A stretch of 64,000 bases of DNA from NCBI GenBank assembly GCA_036172245.1, contig JAYWIR010000027.1, forward strand, positions 868,001-932,000, in the 5' to 3' direction. The notes under the pieces were generated by a model, which was not told the origin of the DNA, did not search any database, and saw only the letters and a list, made by a program, of their open reading frames with translations. The position numbers were made by a program, and so were the translations under genes. Source of the DNA: Raillietiella orientalis (lineage: Eukaryota). Positions 45,701 through 59,030 of this stretch are shown here, one piece after another (the first letter of the stretch is position 1; each line of letters starts with the position of its first letter).

Positions 45701-48700
45701 GGAAGGGGGGATTGGAGAAGCCGAAGGGAAGGACGACAGGGGGGACGGAAGAGGCAAAGAGGACTCCGTACCTTCGTAGACCTCGGAACGGTTGTAGCAG
45801 TTCGAAATGGTGAAGAACATGATCTGTGGGTTGTTGCAGTCGGAAGACAACTTGGCGCACAGTCCTGGGGCATTCGGGATGAGTCCAGTGTATTCCCCTG
45901 CGATCGGGCAAGGCGACTCCTGCTTCAGAAGGATCTCTGGGAAAAGGGAGAGGAAGTTCAGAGAGGAGCCAGCGAGCTCGCTCCTGCGCGGACACTCGGG
46001 GGGGGGGGGGGCACGATCTCAACGAAGGAGACTTCCTTCTGCGAATTCTCAACCCTCCCCTGCTCTCCCCTTCCTTCCCCATGGTGCGGGGTGCGAGCGG
46101 TCAACTCGGGGTCTCCGTAGGGGACAGCTCTTCTCCCTCAGTAGTACTCACTTCCTTGCGTCTTCCACCGGTTGTCGTCGAAGTTGGCGGGGTCACACAG
46201 ACCCAGGACGGGGATCGAATATGACTTGCTGCCTGAAAAAGAGCGGGAAGAGTTTCAGAAGGCATCCAGAGCACCTTGGACAATCGGAACGTCCGGGTGT
46301 GGTTGGAGACGGAAGCTTCGGTTGAGTTGGGGGTGGAGGGGTCAAACGCAGGGGGAACCAAACGAAACCCCCTCAGCAAATACGCTGTGCACGAGGCTCT
46401 GTGGTAGGCTCGCCGATTCATATAGAAGCTGCATAGTCACGAAAAATAGAATTTATAGAGAAATGGCTTCATACCGAACTATGGAATTATAGAAGAAAAA
46501 AAATGTCTTTCATCGCGAACAGTGGAATTTATAGAAGGACTGTGTCGTCACGAACAATGAAATCCATAGAGGGATTGCTCCATCCTGGGCCGTGGGATCC
46601 ACCAGGGGATGGAGACAATGGAGTGCGCCCTGCATTATAGGCGAAAAAATCGTGTCGTGTCGGATTGCGGACTTAGAGTGGCCATCACCCTCTATGGTAT
46701 TACAGGAGAAGTATTGTTTCGAGAGGGACGCTGCCGACACTCTTGGTCAGCGAAGGAAGGGGGAGCGCAAGCGCAGCTTCCCCGGAAGAGATTGCGCCTT
46801 GCGGATGTCAGCAGATTGCGTTCTAGAGCTCGCGCAAATGCATCTTCCTCTTCCTCTCCCCGTGAGAGGGGTCACCAGAAGACGCTCACCTGTCTGGTAC
46901 TCGACGACGTTCTCGCTCCTCTTGCGGATCAGCATGCATCCGAAGGCGTGGTCCCCACTGCAAAGATACGGAGGTGCGACTTGACTCTTCCTTCCTTCTC
47001 ATCCCCCCTTCCCCTCATCATCGCTCTTCCCTAACTGGGCCTCACCAGTGGGATCTCAGGGACACCAGGAAGTGCTGCTCCATGTCGGAGGACCGCAAGC
47101 AGTACCCCCTCATCTTCAGCAGGTTCTCTTCGTCCACGAACTCCACCGTGCCGTTGTGAACCTGCAGCTGACCCCAGTTTCCTTGGAGCCATCCAGGAAA
47201 GGAGCACCCGAACTTCTGCAGCTCAGAGGGCCAGGACTGGGACTCCTCCGGAGTGAGGACGAAGCTCTCGAATCCATAGAACGAGGAGGCAGGGCCAGGA
47301 AGGCAAGAGGAGTCGGCGGACAGCGTCAGGAAGACAGTCCCCTTCAAGGGGTCTTTGGCCATCTTCTGCAAATAGAAGGATGGGAGATATAGTAGAAACG
47401 CTCCTTCACTTCTTTCTTTCTCTCGTCTCTTTGGTTTCGACTCTGGGAGAGCATCCTTCAGTCCCCGCTGGAGAGAACCTGCCTCCCTTCCTGTGCCAAG
47501 TTTCCTTCTCACCTCACCCACCACAGTTCCCTTTTTCCTTTCGCTCCCGGTGTCCCGTTGAGTAACCATCACTGGACTGCAAGGGTGCTAGTGGTTAGTG
47601 GACATGAAGGACGGAAGGAAGAGCGGTGCACACCCTTCGCAAGAGAGACTGAAGAGAGCAGGTCTCCGGCGCTCGGTTTCCGCCTGCGACTATCGTTGTT
47701 GTTGTTGTTGTTGTTTTCCTTTCTTTTAGAAAGTCAACTACGATGGTGCGATCGCAGCAAAGTGATTCTCCCCATCCCTTACCAAGGATCTGCCACGGTC
47801 GAGAAAGTCAGGGAACAAACACGAGGAGGAGGAGGAGGGAAAGAGAGCGTAAGTTCAGCATGCAACATCGGCCCATTTCTCCATTGGATACGGATGTACC
47901 CAGTGCCCTCTCGAGGAGCGAAGGATCATCCGTAAGAAGGGCATTGATTATCTTTGGTGGGGTGGGAAGAGAAAAACTCACTCTTTCCTCGTGCCCCTCC
48001 CCTTCATTAACCACCGCTTAGAAGAAAAAAAATCTGACAGAATGGAGAGGAGAAGAGGCCCCATTTCGGTCTTTTCTTTTGCTCTTTTTTCTCAAATCAG
48101 GGAGTCTTCGGCCGGCAGACGAGGAGGAGGCGCAGGAGCAGCGCTTTGACTTACCCCGCAGCGGTACCTCGGCCGGCGTCCATCATTGTCCGCCACCCCG
48201 TTGTCCAGGAACGCTACGTATCTTTCCCTGTCTCCAGGAAGACCGTCCCATGATCCCAGACAGGAGAAGGAGGCGTCTGGAAACACACGTTTTCGGAGAA
48301 CTGCCCCCCAGGTGGGGAAGGACGAGGGTCTCTCCTCCATCCCTTTGCTTCGCTCACCCAGGTCCCCGAAGGAGCACTGCCTGTATTGCATGTTCATAGA
48401 TGATCCATCAGGACAGTTGTCTAGCCTGGAGCGGCCTCTGGAGCACAGGAGAACGTCCCTGTTGCCGTCGTTCAGGACGTATGTGAAGACGTAACGGCCA
48501 TCGAAAGGGCAGAGCGTCTTTGTTGCTGGCATTGTCGCGGACACCTCGTTCAGCTGCTTTGTTTCTAGAGGGGGGAGGGGGAGGGTAAGGAGTTCTGGTT
48601 CTCTGTCGGCATGGTCCCCTATCCCCTTGTCTCATTCCAGGAAAAACCCACGTCCCGGAAACCCGTGTCCCTCTTTGTACGTATCGGGACCCATTTTCCA

Positions 48701-51700
48701 TATGCATCCCTCGTTCCTGGGTTTGGTAGTCGGTAAGGACTACGGACCGACAGGAAGACGAGGGCGGAGGAGGATGGACGGGCATTTCTGAGGGAGGGCC
48801 GAGGCCCTCTGCACCTCCAAGGCGTTGACTATTCCGTCCCCTTTCCTTCATGCTTTCTTACCGTCGCGGAACTCCGCAGCTAGGCGCGAGAGAGCGTCGA
48901 AAACGAAGGTACAGACCGGCTGGCGCCGAGACAGAGTGCAGATTACGCCCCCTGGCGGAGGAAGCGCGCTGTGTGGGTGCCGCCGCCCAAACAACCGCAC
49001 CCAGAATGAGGAGGAATCGCAGCGGCGCGGTATCTCTCCTCTCTCGGGAAGGGAGGCACCCTCTTTTTACAGGGTTCTGCTGCATCACGGGGTGGGTGGA
49101 TGTAGTGGGAGAAGTGGCGATCCCACTCTCGATTTGGAATAAAAGGGACAGACGGAAATCCTGTACACGGGGGAGCGCGTCTCATGGTCTGAGGAAACGC
49201 TCCACCCCCTGCTTCCTTCTTCCAGAGTTTCGCGGCCGCATCCTCGATATCCTCTTCGTCCTACACTTCTCGACAAATCAGATTCCGGATCTACATCAGC
49301 AACTTGAGCGAGGGAATTCGGTGCCCTCTTGCCCGAACAGACGAAAGGGAACACGCATGATTCCCCTGTTGCTTTGACTTCTGGGACGAGATTGCCCGAA
49401 GAGAAAAGGAGTCTTCCTGAATACCCGTAAGAAAATAGAGAGGGAGCCCCTGACCGGACCCATCGCTTTGCTGCGGGCACTCCAGACTGAGGGAGGCAGC
49501 TTTGAGGAGGTTGAACTTCGCGCGCACATTCCAGAGCCCCCAGCGGGGCTCTGGAAATCGGAGGAAGGGGGGGAAGGATATCGTCAAAACTCTCTCCGGC
49601 GAGATTGGAAAAAGAACAAATCAGAGGACCCCTGGGAGTGCAGGAGATCGGAGGTCGAAGGAGTTTACCTGAACATCATCCCAGCTTCCCTTCCTTTCTG
49701 GCACTCTTGCACGGAACTTCGACAGAGGAACTGTATTTCCTTTCATAAAGAGTGACCAAGAAAAAGAAGAATGATCCCTTCGAATGCTTCCAGACCAGAC
49801 CTGCCAGTCGACCACACTTGCGAACGCCCTCTTTAGTAGACATTTGAGTACAGTTTAACGCCCTCTTCTGAAGCGTCAGCGGTATGCAGGAATAAAAAAA
49901 AAAAAAGAGCAAAGGGAGGTGAGAAGAACGAAACAGGAAACATGAAAGCAAGCAAACAACCCCAGAACGCAGGAAGTCGAAGAAGCCGCCAGAGACCCTT
50001 ACGATGGGCTCGCCTTGAGGATGAGTCAGGGGGGAAAGGAAACGCTGGCGCGAGGTCGAGATCTGGCCACGCCCTCAAGCGGAGACGAGACCCAGCTTCT
50101 TTCGAAACCAGCCTAATAGTTCCCGAGGGAGGGGTTCATCCCTTCGTGCGGAAAAGTGGAAGGAAACTGTCGATTCCCCATTTACGATGTGCGAAAATTT
50201 TTCCCCTCTCTTTAAGCACGCGATCCTTGGAATGAGGGTTTCGCGTGGACCATCGGTCACTCTCGCATATTCATTTGGACCCCTAACGAAACAATTCCAA
50301 AGGAGGGAGGAGGGGAAGCAAAGGGACAAAAAGAAAAAAAAAACTCAAAGAGAGGACCCATACCAGCTCTTGACGCAAAAAAAAAAAATACCTTGATGTA
50401 CGTACAAACTAGCGAGTGAACATCCGTATACGACCCTCCTCGTTCACAGGTGCAACTTAGGCGTACCTCGTAGGCTTCGTTTGCGCGTCACCACCAGGGT
50501 ATTGATCAAACAAGTCGTCACCAACCGCACCGGATAGGCTTTGGCTCGAATGCAAAGCATACGCTCGGGAAAGCAATAAACTACACCATTGTTGGCGTCC
50601 GGCTACTCAGCCTCCATGCTTAGGCTTAACGGATAGTGAGTCTGTACACGCCGTACTGCGTCCTCCGCCTGTTGCAGGAGCAATATAAATGTCTAGTGGC
50701 AGATTAGGCACACATGGCGTCTGGATGCTGATAGGCAAACACGGAAGGAAGATCTTTTTCACGAGAGAAGAAACCATATCCCTGGAGCTCTTCCTTCTTT
50801 GCAGTGCTCGTCACGGAAGCAGCAAGACATGGGGTTTCGTAGTAAGAGTCGTCTTGATCGTCTTGATGCTGTTCTTAGATACTGTTTGGAAAAGGTTTTT
50901 TAGTGAAAACTTCGCACCGGAATGGGTTATCTTTATGTCTTGGGTTATTTCCAGGCCGATCGATCGTTTTCCTCACTAGGATGGAAGACAAACGATGTTT
51001 GACAAGGATAATGCACTCCGGTGATCGTTCCTCAGACCGAGGCATGCTCGTGATATCCTATTCCTTCCTCCCCGCTTCCTTCCTCCTCCCTCCCCCAGTG
51101 CCTGCCCCATTCGTGAAGTTGCACGTGAGGGTTTCGGTAGAGGAACGAAACTTCCGCTCACGATGAGACAACACCGACTTCTGCTTGCACGAAGGGTTTG
51201 GTTCGGGAGTCCAGCATTGTCCAGAAATGGTAATCTTCAGAAGATGGAGATGTGTTTTTCGTTTGATTGTCATGGTCAGGCAAAAGCAAAGCTCGAATGT
51301 GCAGAGGAGGAGAAAGCAATAAGGATGCTTACTGAACAACATGTAACTCCGAAACTCCCTGTTTGCCACGCCGAGTCGTTGCTGGGGACAAGCCATGAGC
51401 GCCGCGTCTCTGTGCGTGTAGCACTTGTCTATAGCTTCTGTGTGGACTTCCAGAACGTTGCTGGACCTCAGGTAAAAGTGGAAGCAGCGGATGCAGTCCA
51501 TCCCACCTGTTCTTTGGTTCGAGGGAAGGGGACAAAACAGTCTGTGCTTTAAGGCCAGTGGGAACGCAGGACGTTAGCTACCTGTCCAGGAGGATAACAC
51601 CGCTCTTCACTTTCGAGTGGCAGTCTCCCCAGATGGGTATGGTATCTGGTAGGATGACGACCTCTGAGTACTGGATCCCCTCAGCGACATTGGAGGCTAC

Positions 51701-54700
51701 CGACTGCGTCGCATACACTCCTTGGTACTCGACGGGAAAGTAGCACTTGGCTTCTCCTGAAGAAAGGAAAGAGGGAAAAGAAAATGAAGCATTAATTACT
51801 CGGACGATCACGGAGGGAGGGAACCGTCCTGCGGGATAGGATCGGTGCAGAGCCCTCTTGTACTCCTCCGTCCCCTCGGGCCAGAAGGGGAACGCTCTAG
51901 GGGAAGGACGGGGAAGAGTGAACGGAAACCAAGCACCTTCGACCATGGCTGCTCTCTTGAGCGGCCGGGATCGGAAGAGCAAATATGAAAGCTGCGAAGC
52001 TGTTCGTCCCTGGAACTTCGAGAGGTTCAAGAATGGAAGAATCGACCCCACGATGAGGTGCCCGCGCACTGTGACCTCGGAGCGACGTCTGATTTGGTTT
52101 CAGATATCCATCCTCTCTGCCTCCCTCCCTGTGTCACGAAGGGAGACGCCAGGTGTCGGAGCCGGGCGCGCGAGGAAGCACCGCCTCCAGGAATCGTCGG
52201 GGCCCAAAGGAGGGTAGCGAGCAGGGGAGACTCCGAGGCGCCGGAATTCAAACAGCCCGAGGACGCGGATGCCAGAGAAGAAACCTCTCCGCCTCTCTGG
52301 ACAACTTCCGCCGGGGATCCTTCGTCTCGCCCTGCCCGCCCTCCGAGTCCCGGAGCTGTTCCTTCCCCGAGAGGTCGACGGCGTTCGCACCCTTCCGTCG
52401 CCCTTTCTCCGGAGATCCAAGCGCCGCCCCATGAGAACGGAGAGGGGGCACAGTGCTTCCTGGACCGCGGAGGCGACCTCGCCGAGGGGAAAGTGCCGGA
52501 CACAGCGAAAGCTACTTCCTCGCGAGGACACGACCCTGCCGCTCCCACGGCCCAGTCATCGGAGATGCCTTATCCCCTCCCCCTGCTCCCGTGCAAACCC
52601 TCTGTCCCGGGTCGAGTCCTGATGTTTCCAGGACCATAGTGGAGAGGCACTGCCCGCACGACGACGCCACATCGCATCCTCTCTTGCCCTCCCCATCCCA
52701 CTCCCTTCCTGTCGGTCTACGACGACCTCCGGCGGCTGAGGTGATCCAGGGCCTCCTCTCTGAGCCCGGTAAATCCTCCCATCTTCTCGATGGGAGGGAT
52801 GTCGAGATGCTCCTATCGGATCCTGACCGCTCCCAGGTCGGAGAGGCAAGGAAATCAAGGGGGAGGGAGGATTCACCGCCCCTACTCCCCTTCGAGCAGC
52901 GAGGACGGTGCCCCTGCGAAGGGAAAGGGCTCCTACCTGCCCCTACCCATCCACTCCTCTTCCGGCTGGCGTCTTTTAGCAACCTGCTCTGCGGTACAGG
53001 GACAGGAGTGTCCTCGCGAGCCTGTTCCGCCTGCCCCGGATGTCCCCAGAAACGACCGCAGTGAACCCCGGCGGACCCCCCGAACTTGCTGCTGCTGCTT
53101 GCCGGGTGGAGAACTGAGGCATCTAGAAGGATGTGCGGGGTTCTTTCTCGGGGGCGGTTCTCCTCGCAGTACGCCGCTCCTTTCCTTCTCTCACTCGAGG
53201 CACGCCGGCCCCTGGGATTCCCCCTGTGATGGTCTGGGATCGAGGGGAAGGGAGGCAGCGGGTCTTCCCGGGACCGCCAATCCCTGACCTCACTCTGAGG
53301 CGGTAGGGGGGGGGGGGGGGCAGGTGGCGTGATCTGTTGCCCCGCCTGCGAGACGGCGGGGTCACCGTCTCAAGGCGCCCCGGGTGGGCAGCCGGCGGCG
53401 TGCTCCAGAGTGCGGGCACGGCCGCTCGCTTCCTCGGGGAAGGAAACGGTCCGCCGGCGGCCCTAAACGCAGGATGTCGCGTTTCCCCCCCTCTGGCGGA
53501 GGGGCGCACGCTCAGATGATTCGGAAACAGCGCCGGAGGCGCCGGCCGCCGACCCACTCCTCCCTTCCTCCTCTACCAGGGGTGCCACCTTTCCTGCTCC
53601 TCCGAGGGACTCCGGGACCACTGGGGAGGGGACAGGATGAAGAGGAGGAGGAGGAGGAGGGGAGGGTTAAGAAAGAGGGGCTCGCTCGCGGGTGATTCCC
53701 AGATGCATCTGGCTAATCACCGCCGGCGCAGGAGGCGGACGCCTCTCGCTCGCGCATCCGGGAATGAGCGGGCGGATCCCAGCAATGGCGGAGAAAAGGA
53801 GCATTGCCACGGACGACACCAAACGTCGGTCCGGATCGCTTTCGTGTGAGGAAAGAGGAAGAAGGGGAGGGAAGCGCGCGTGCGTGCGCCGCCATCTGGA
53901 AGGACTTCCTTTCCGCGGCGGTTGCACACACACGTAGCATCCCCCCCCCCCTTCCTCTTCCACAGAACAGATAAAAAAAAAAAAAAACCGCACGCACGCA
54001 CGCAAAATGAGGAAGTTGCGGACTCCGCGAAGGTGGATGGATGGACGGACGGCCCGGCGGCGCGGTCCCGGTCTTCCGCGAGCCGGGAATCCGCCGGACG
54101 GGTTCCGCTCGTGACTTGTTTTGCTTAATGCGATCCCGGGCACGGTCTCCGTAGTTACAGAGTAATAGCTGGGCAATTCGGCACTTGATGGCGCAGGTGT
54201 TGTTCCGTGCTGGAGGGAGCTCTTGGCCAGCCAAGCTTGAAGGCGCACTCGACCATTCGACGGTGAAGTGATTTCGAAACGGGGAAATGGTCCAGTATCG
54301 GAGCAGATCGAGATGAGGCGGAAATTCATTTTTAATGTTGAAAAAAAAAACACACACACAAAACAAAAGGGAAGGAAAAGACAAGGAGAGAATACAAACA
54401 CATGTATATGAGCGCCAGCACACACACACACACACACACATACACAACAACAACAACAACAATAACTGACCCTTTCCCTCTCCTTCTGGACTTTTCCTCT
54501 TTGTTTCGCGCTTGCGCGGCTGCGCGCTTGTTTTCCGTTTTTTTTTGTTTTTACACCTTGCGTTTCCCCCCTCTCCACCATGGGAACCGCGCATTCCGCT
54601 TCCTGCCGCCGCCGCCGCAGCAGCAGTAGCAACAGTAAGCGCAACGAGATTCGGGCAGGGGACGCGCGCACGTGATGACCCCCGGCGGTTGCTGGGTTGG

Positions 54701-57700
54701 CTAGGACGGTTGGCAACAATCTCTCTCCCTCGGCTCACGGACGAGGGCGGCACCCCCTTCTGGCGCTTGCGCGACCAAAACAACCCCCAGACGACGGTGG
54801 GTTTGAGCCAGAGCTCCAGCGGACGCGCGCGCGGGGAGGGGAGGGGGTTCCAGAGATCCCTGCTTCTTCGTCCTGTCGAGCTCTTGGACAGCGAGGGTGA
54901 CTAGGCGTCAGTGGCGCCCGAAGTTCTGCATCCGCGGCGAGGGGTGTACATCGCCACTGGAAGAGTTCAGGCAGCGGGAGCTCCTCGAGAGAGTGATCTT
55001 TCCTGCCGCAGCGATGCGAGCTGATCATCGGAGGCTGAACCATCTTCGATTCAATCTTGCTTTTTCCTTTGGTGCACCATCGACCTTCCTCATCTGTGAC
55101 CCACTGCCTCATGCTCCCCGGTTTTCCGAGGGGAAAACGCATCCAGTTTCCGCCATCCCGGTTCGATCCCAATGCCCGGTTCCGGCGATCCCGTTCCAGT
55201 CTTCGCCGTTTCGTTCCCCCTGTGCCGCTTTCATTTTCGGTTTCCCGAACGAACGGATAAAACCCGGCAAGCCAGAAAGCGTGTCGCCCACCGTGCGCGG
55301 CCTTTCGCATCCTAGGGATACGCTGGGATTCCTCAAACAGGGAAAAAGCACCCTGATTCCTTTCCCGCGAGACAGCACGGAAAGCAACGAGAGGATACTC
55401 CGCGGGAAGCAGGAACGGTGGGGACCCCCTATTTTTTTTTTTCCTTCAGGGACGCAAATCGCGTTTAACTAGAACCAGGACCATTCGACTGACGTGAACG
55501 AACGCTAAAGATTGCCACTGTTACGGTCCTGGGCGCTGCTGCCCGTCCCGGTGTTCATTAGTCTTCACGATTCCACCCAATTGCTTTTCTTTCATAGAAA
55601 AAAAAAAAAAAAACCGCCCCAGGAAAGTGGATTTCCTCTTCCGGCGAAAACACAACCCATGAGTGCGGAAAGGCGAAAGAGGCTTGTTATCATTTGCTGG
55701 AGCAAAACGTGGACGAGACACATCGATAGAGTGCTTTGCGTCTACAACGCGAGTGCACGAGGATTTAAGGAACAGAGGGCTCGGTGCACGCTGTCTAAAA
55801 GACCTCGAAAAGCAGTGAGGCAATGCTTTCGTTGGAGTGGTTGCCTTCACGAGCGGTATTTCGAATTTTTTCCTTCTCGTTTCGCTCCCTGTGGCTGCTC
55901 CCCAGCTTCACTGACAATAAACTCACATCTTGCGTAGGTTCTTGTTCTTTGCTGCTGCTGTTGTTGTTTTCCTCAACAAGAGTATCTATCTTTTCAGTTT
56001 TGCATTGCCCCTTTTCGCGTTAGGCCAGATCCCATCACACAATTTGTGTTCGAATAGCGCGCACTTCAGTTAACGCCACCATTCCATGGAACGAATGATT
56101 CGCACTGGTCGTGGTCTACCAATGATCATTCCGCAGTGCTACTTGAAGCTCCCGGCAGCATCTTTGCCCAGCAACGCACTTACTCACTAAGGAGTTACTT
56201 GAATCAGCCAGGCAGCAGTTTGCAGAAATTCTTATTTTGCCACACGCCTGTATTTTGAAAGTTCTGATTGTGCGCTATGTATTCCGGTGAAGAAGTCGCT
56301 CGAGTCAGCATATTTCGGATTCTGTGAGCACCAGGGTCGGGTGCTCTTGGGTGTACGGACTGGTCCGCGCGCCCCGTGGCACGACGATCAGTCCGCAACG
56401 CCGGGGGCCTCCCGTTCCGCTGCTCCATTTAACGTGCTTGTGCTTCTTTCCAAAGATGAATGCAGAATTTCGTTGTCATTCCTTCCAAAGTCTTCACTCT
56501 ACTCAACCAACTGGATCACAACACCTTGATGAAAAGACAAAACAACAAACTCTGGTGAAGCAATGCTGATCGTTCTATTCCTTAAAAATAAGAAGCACTC
56601 GTCACTTACAGAACTGTCCACTTTTAGCGGGCCTTTTAAGCAACATTCTACTTCTATTGCAGAGTAACACCTCTAAATAGGCACATGCAATATGATTTGC
56701 AATATGATTTCACGTACTCAAGTCTAAAGCGTGCGTTTTGTACGCAAACCAAGCTCGAGCTTGTGCGGAAGCACGTGGCAACAATGCCAATGGAGTGGGA
56801 GTTCTATATTTAGGCACTCTCCAACAATGGCGCGAGCAAATCGACGCCTTCGCGCGCTCGCAGCGTAGGCCCTCGGAACGCGCGCAAGAAATGCGAGGTT
56901 GAGGGCGCACGGACCTCGCATTTCGATAGAAGCATTTCAGTCACAAGCAGAGACGAACGGCGGCGGGAGGAGGGCATATCCCGGGCCCGCTTCGAGCGGA
57001 GGGAACCGGGCAGGTGCTGGTGCGAGTGCTCTCGGCGAGTAATCCGCCCTCTCCCGTAGGACGCTCCGGAGGAGTCCGTCCTTCTCTCGAGCAGCGTCGA
57101 GAGGAGCTGTACGGTGCAGGAGCGGCCTCTCACCGCGGATGGCTGAGCCCGTCAGAGGAGGGATGGGGAGTCTGCGTGGACGGGACCTCCGGTGCGGTGG
57201 CGCAGGCCTCTCTCCTTTCCTGTGTCCCACCTTTCCGCTGCCGCAGGCACTTCTTCTGCCTCCGGCTGTTGACGGATGGGCTCCACCGCGCACTTGCCCA
57301 GATGGCTGGCGAGGCATCGACTGGGGATGCCTCCTGAGCTCATGCGCGAAGAAGGGAGGCGTCCAGGACCCGGTGTGCTCCGAGAGCGTGCTGGGCCTTT
57401 GACTGCCCCAGAATGCACTTCTCTGGATGCCACGCGGGGGTGGAGACAGAAGAGATGCCCCCACGAGGCACCTAGCTTCTGCGAACAGGAGTCTCGTCGT
57501 GAAGTGATGCAGGCAATCCCGACTGGCTTCCCCTCTCCCCCTCCCTTCTGTTCCCTTCAGGTCCGACCGAAGGAGAAGCTGAGGCCGGAACCTCTATGCG
57601 AAGGACGCGCACCTTCCTCGCTCCTCCTCCTAAGCGCCCTCCTCTCCCCCCACCCTTTTTTTTTCCAGGAACGCACCCGCATTTTTCTTGGACTTCAAGT

Positions 57701-58839
57701 CGAGCAGGTGGGTGCTGGAATTCCTCGCGAAGGACCCACGCCATGAGGGATTTAAGCCACGCTCCTGGGAGACTTTTCGCGAGGGAAGGCGGTTGCCGCC
57801 TTCCTTCCACGCGTTGAGACGGGAGAACGCCCACCCCTTTTCCCTTTCCTTTTGTAGGCTGAGGGTGCGCGCGCGCGCCCACGATCTGGAAAACTCGTCG
57901 AGGGTCACGGCCGGCCATCGCCCGAAGGCATCCTTCCCCCTTCTCCCGCCCTTCTCGTTCGCGAGTTCCGTCTCGCTAGGAAGGGATCCCTAATTTGAGC
58001 GCCGCATCATCCGTCTTCCTGGGGTATCCTGGAGCCGGTAGAACCAAAGCCTCCGGTCATGTCCTTCCCTTCCTGCCAGGAGGACGGATGCCGCCTTGAA
58101 GGACGGAGGCACATCCGTCCTTCGAGACGGAAGCAAGGACAGAGGCGGGGGAGGAAAATGAGGGCAAGGCGCAGGGGTGCAGGACCCGTTCCATACACCT
58201 TTAAGCAAAGCAACCTCGCGACTCCAGGGGCCGAAGAGCAGGGGAAGGAGGTCAGGAGGAAAAGGGGAAGACGTTGGGGACGTCCCCTGCTGTCGAGTTC
58301 CGCGGAAAATTTCGCTCGTTTCCTTGAGAACGAACGCGTAAGGGGGTGCTCGTTTTCCCCGCCCAAGGGAGTAGGGGGCCTTCGGTCGGGGGCAGGGAAA
58401 CATCTGCGTCTGAGAAGGACCAGCGTTCCGTCTGCGGGGCGGGGCGGACCTGAGCGCACGCCTCCCCTGCTTCCCTCGCTTCTCTCCCCGCTTTGCACGG
58501 AGAAGTCCCAGGGGTGGTTGGGTGGGGTACCTCTGCATGGGTTTCTCAAAGGGTCGGAGCTCTTCATGGTTGTGCTGCCTCAGCCGAAAGGAAGACCGGT
58601 GGAGAGGAAGGGGAGGAAGAAGGGTGAGCGTCGACGCCTCCCGAGTCCCGGGGAGTCTCCGAGTCGGGGAGGAAGCGGAGGAGGGGAAGGGGGTCGGAGA
58701 AAAAATAGACCCCTCACTTCCCTCCCCCCTCTTCCTTTTCCCTGGGGGGGGAAGGGGACGAAAGGAAAAGAGACTTACCGCGAAGGAGGAAGGCGGCGAC
58801 GACGGCGACCAGCGTGAGGAGAGGCGGGGGCGGGCGCAT
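39766..58839 (-). CDS. Secreted/cell-surface Cys-rich repeat protein of unknown function (recurring CPxxGxY, CxFPxxxQG and CLGxW blocks); 3' end unresolved
   Basis: Phase-compatible exons 58839-58779 (signal peptide MRPPPPLLTLVAVVAAFLLRG), 51756-51582, 51511-51333, 48564-48358, 48276-48155, 47365-47046, 46957-46890, 46232-46152, 45936-45772, 39966-39766. Resembles conserved uncharacterised invertebrate proteins (DUF7042/7043/7044-type from memory; needs an HMM check). Confidence 0.85.
40829..41518 (-). CDS. Intron-nested ORF, probable distant orphan-family member (copy F)
   Basis: STRHRNEPISSR...QQIDAGTLPSFPRRL (8/15 identical, ungapped, to A QLMDAATPSAPPRRL)...LSVFGTGRDHLEDKRENP (compare B LTSLGSPFDDPRNP). 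Confidence 0.4.
   Translation of the reverse strand: MLCGTFGRLRIRRWHPLLPGAPRAPRGRAGWQSKERDRPRGRMGLSGRRLRLLPRASSGKEKKGRAGRRASGEIPALPLLESSTRHRNEPISSRTAALPRSREERPREPDGQQIDAGTLPSFPRRLRPILHLTEHLVQARRGVVRTKEGRHGQESNPGRKNRLSVFGTGRDHLEDKRENPVSALRTRGLTGNSRVYDSKRRRNKNPGPAPIHHGGHARGGSTEPYAARG
41780..42960. other. Sharply bounded AT-rich island inside a GC-rich intron
   Basis: Abrupt switch from GC-rich to tatat/aataa-rich sequence at about 41780 and back at about 42960. Confidence 0.85.
43974..44822 (+). CDS. Intron-nested antisense ORF, possible distant orphan-family member (copy E), with an in-frame TGA at 44661
   Basis: RLHAAGALVLAHGHLSARLSFS is 8/22 identical to A LLRRSGALLEGAHCLPARREVS; ESATARAAALGLL is 6/13 identical to B DAATPTAPPKGLL. 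Confidence 0.3.
54419..54462. repeat. Compound (CA)n/(CAA)n microsatellite
   Basis: cacacacaca...tacacaacaacaacaacaac. Confidence 0.9.
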
Positions 58840-58933
58840 GCCGCGGTTGCCCTGGGCGCCGGAGCTGTCGGTGCTTCGTCGTCGGCGACGCGGCGCGATG
58901 AAAGGTCGCGCGCGGAGTGAGGCCCATCCGAGA

Positions 58934-59030
58934 GCGCGTGCGCGCGCGCGCGCGAGCACGCGCTCTCGGAGGTCGTCGTCGTCCTCGTCGCCGGCAGCAG
59001 CAGCAGCAGCAGCAGCCTCAGCGGCGGCGG
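58934..59030. promoter_or_regulatory. CpG-rich promoter region of the Cys-rich gene with (CG)n and (CAG)n tracts
   Basis: gcgcgtgcgcgcgcgcgcg and (cag)n lie 100-200 nt upstream of the signal-peptide ATG at 58839. Confidence 0.45.

Noticed and set aside
56686..56710. 12-bp tandem duplication tgcaatatgatt x2
   Set aside because: Only two units with no spacer; an ordinary slippage duplication, not an array.
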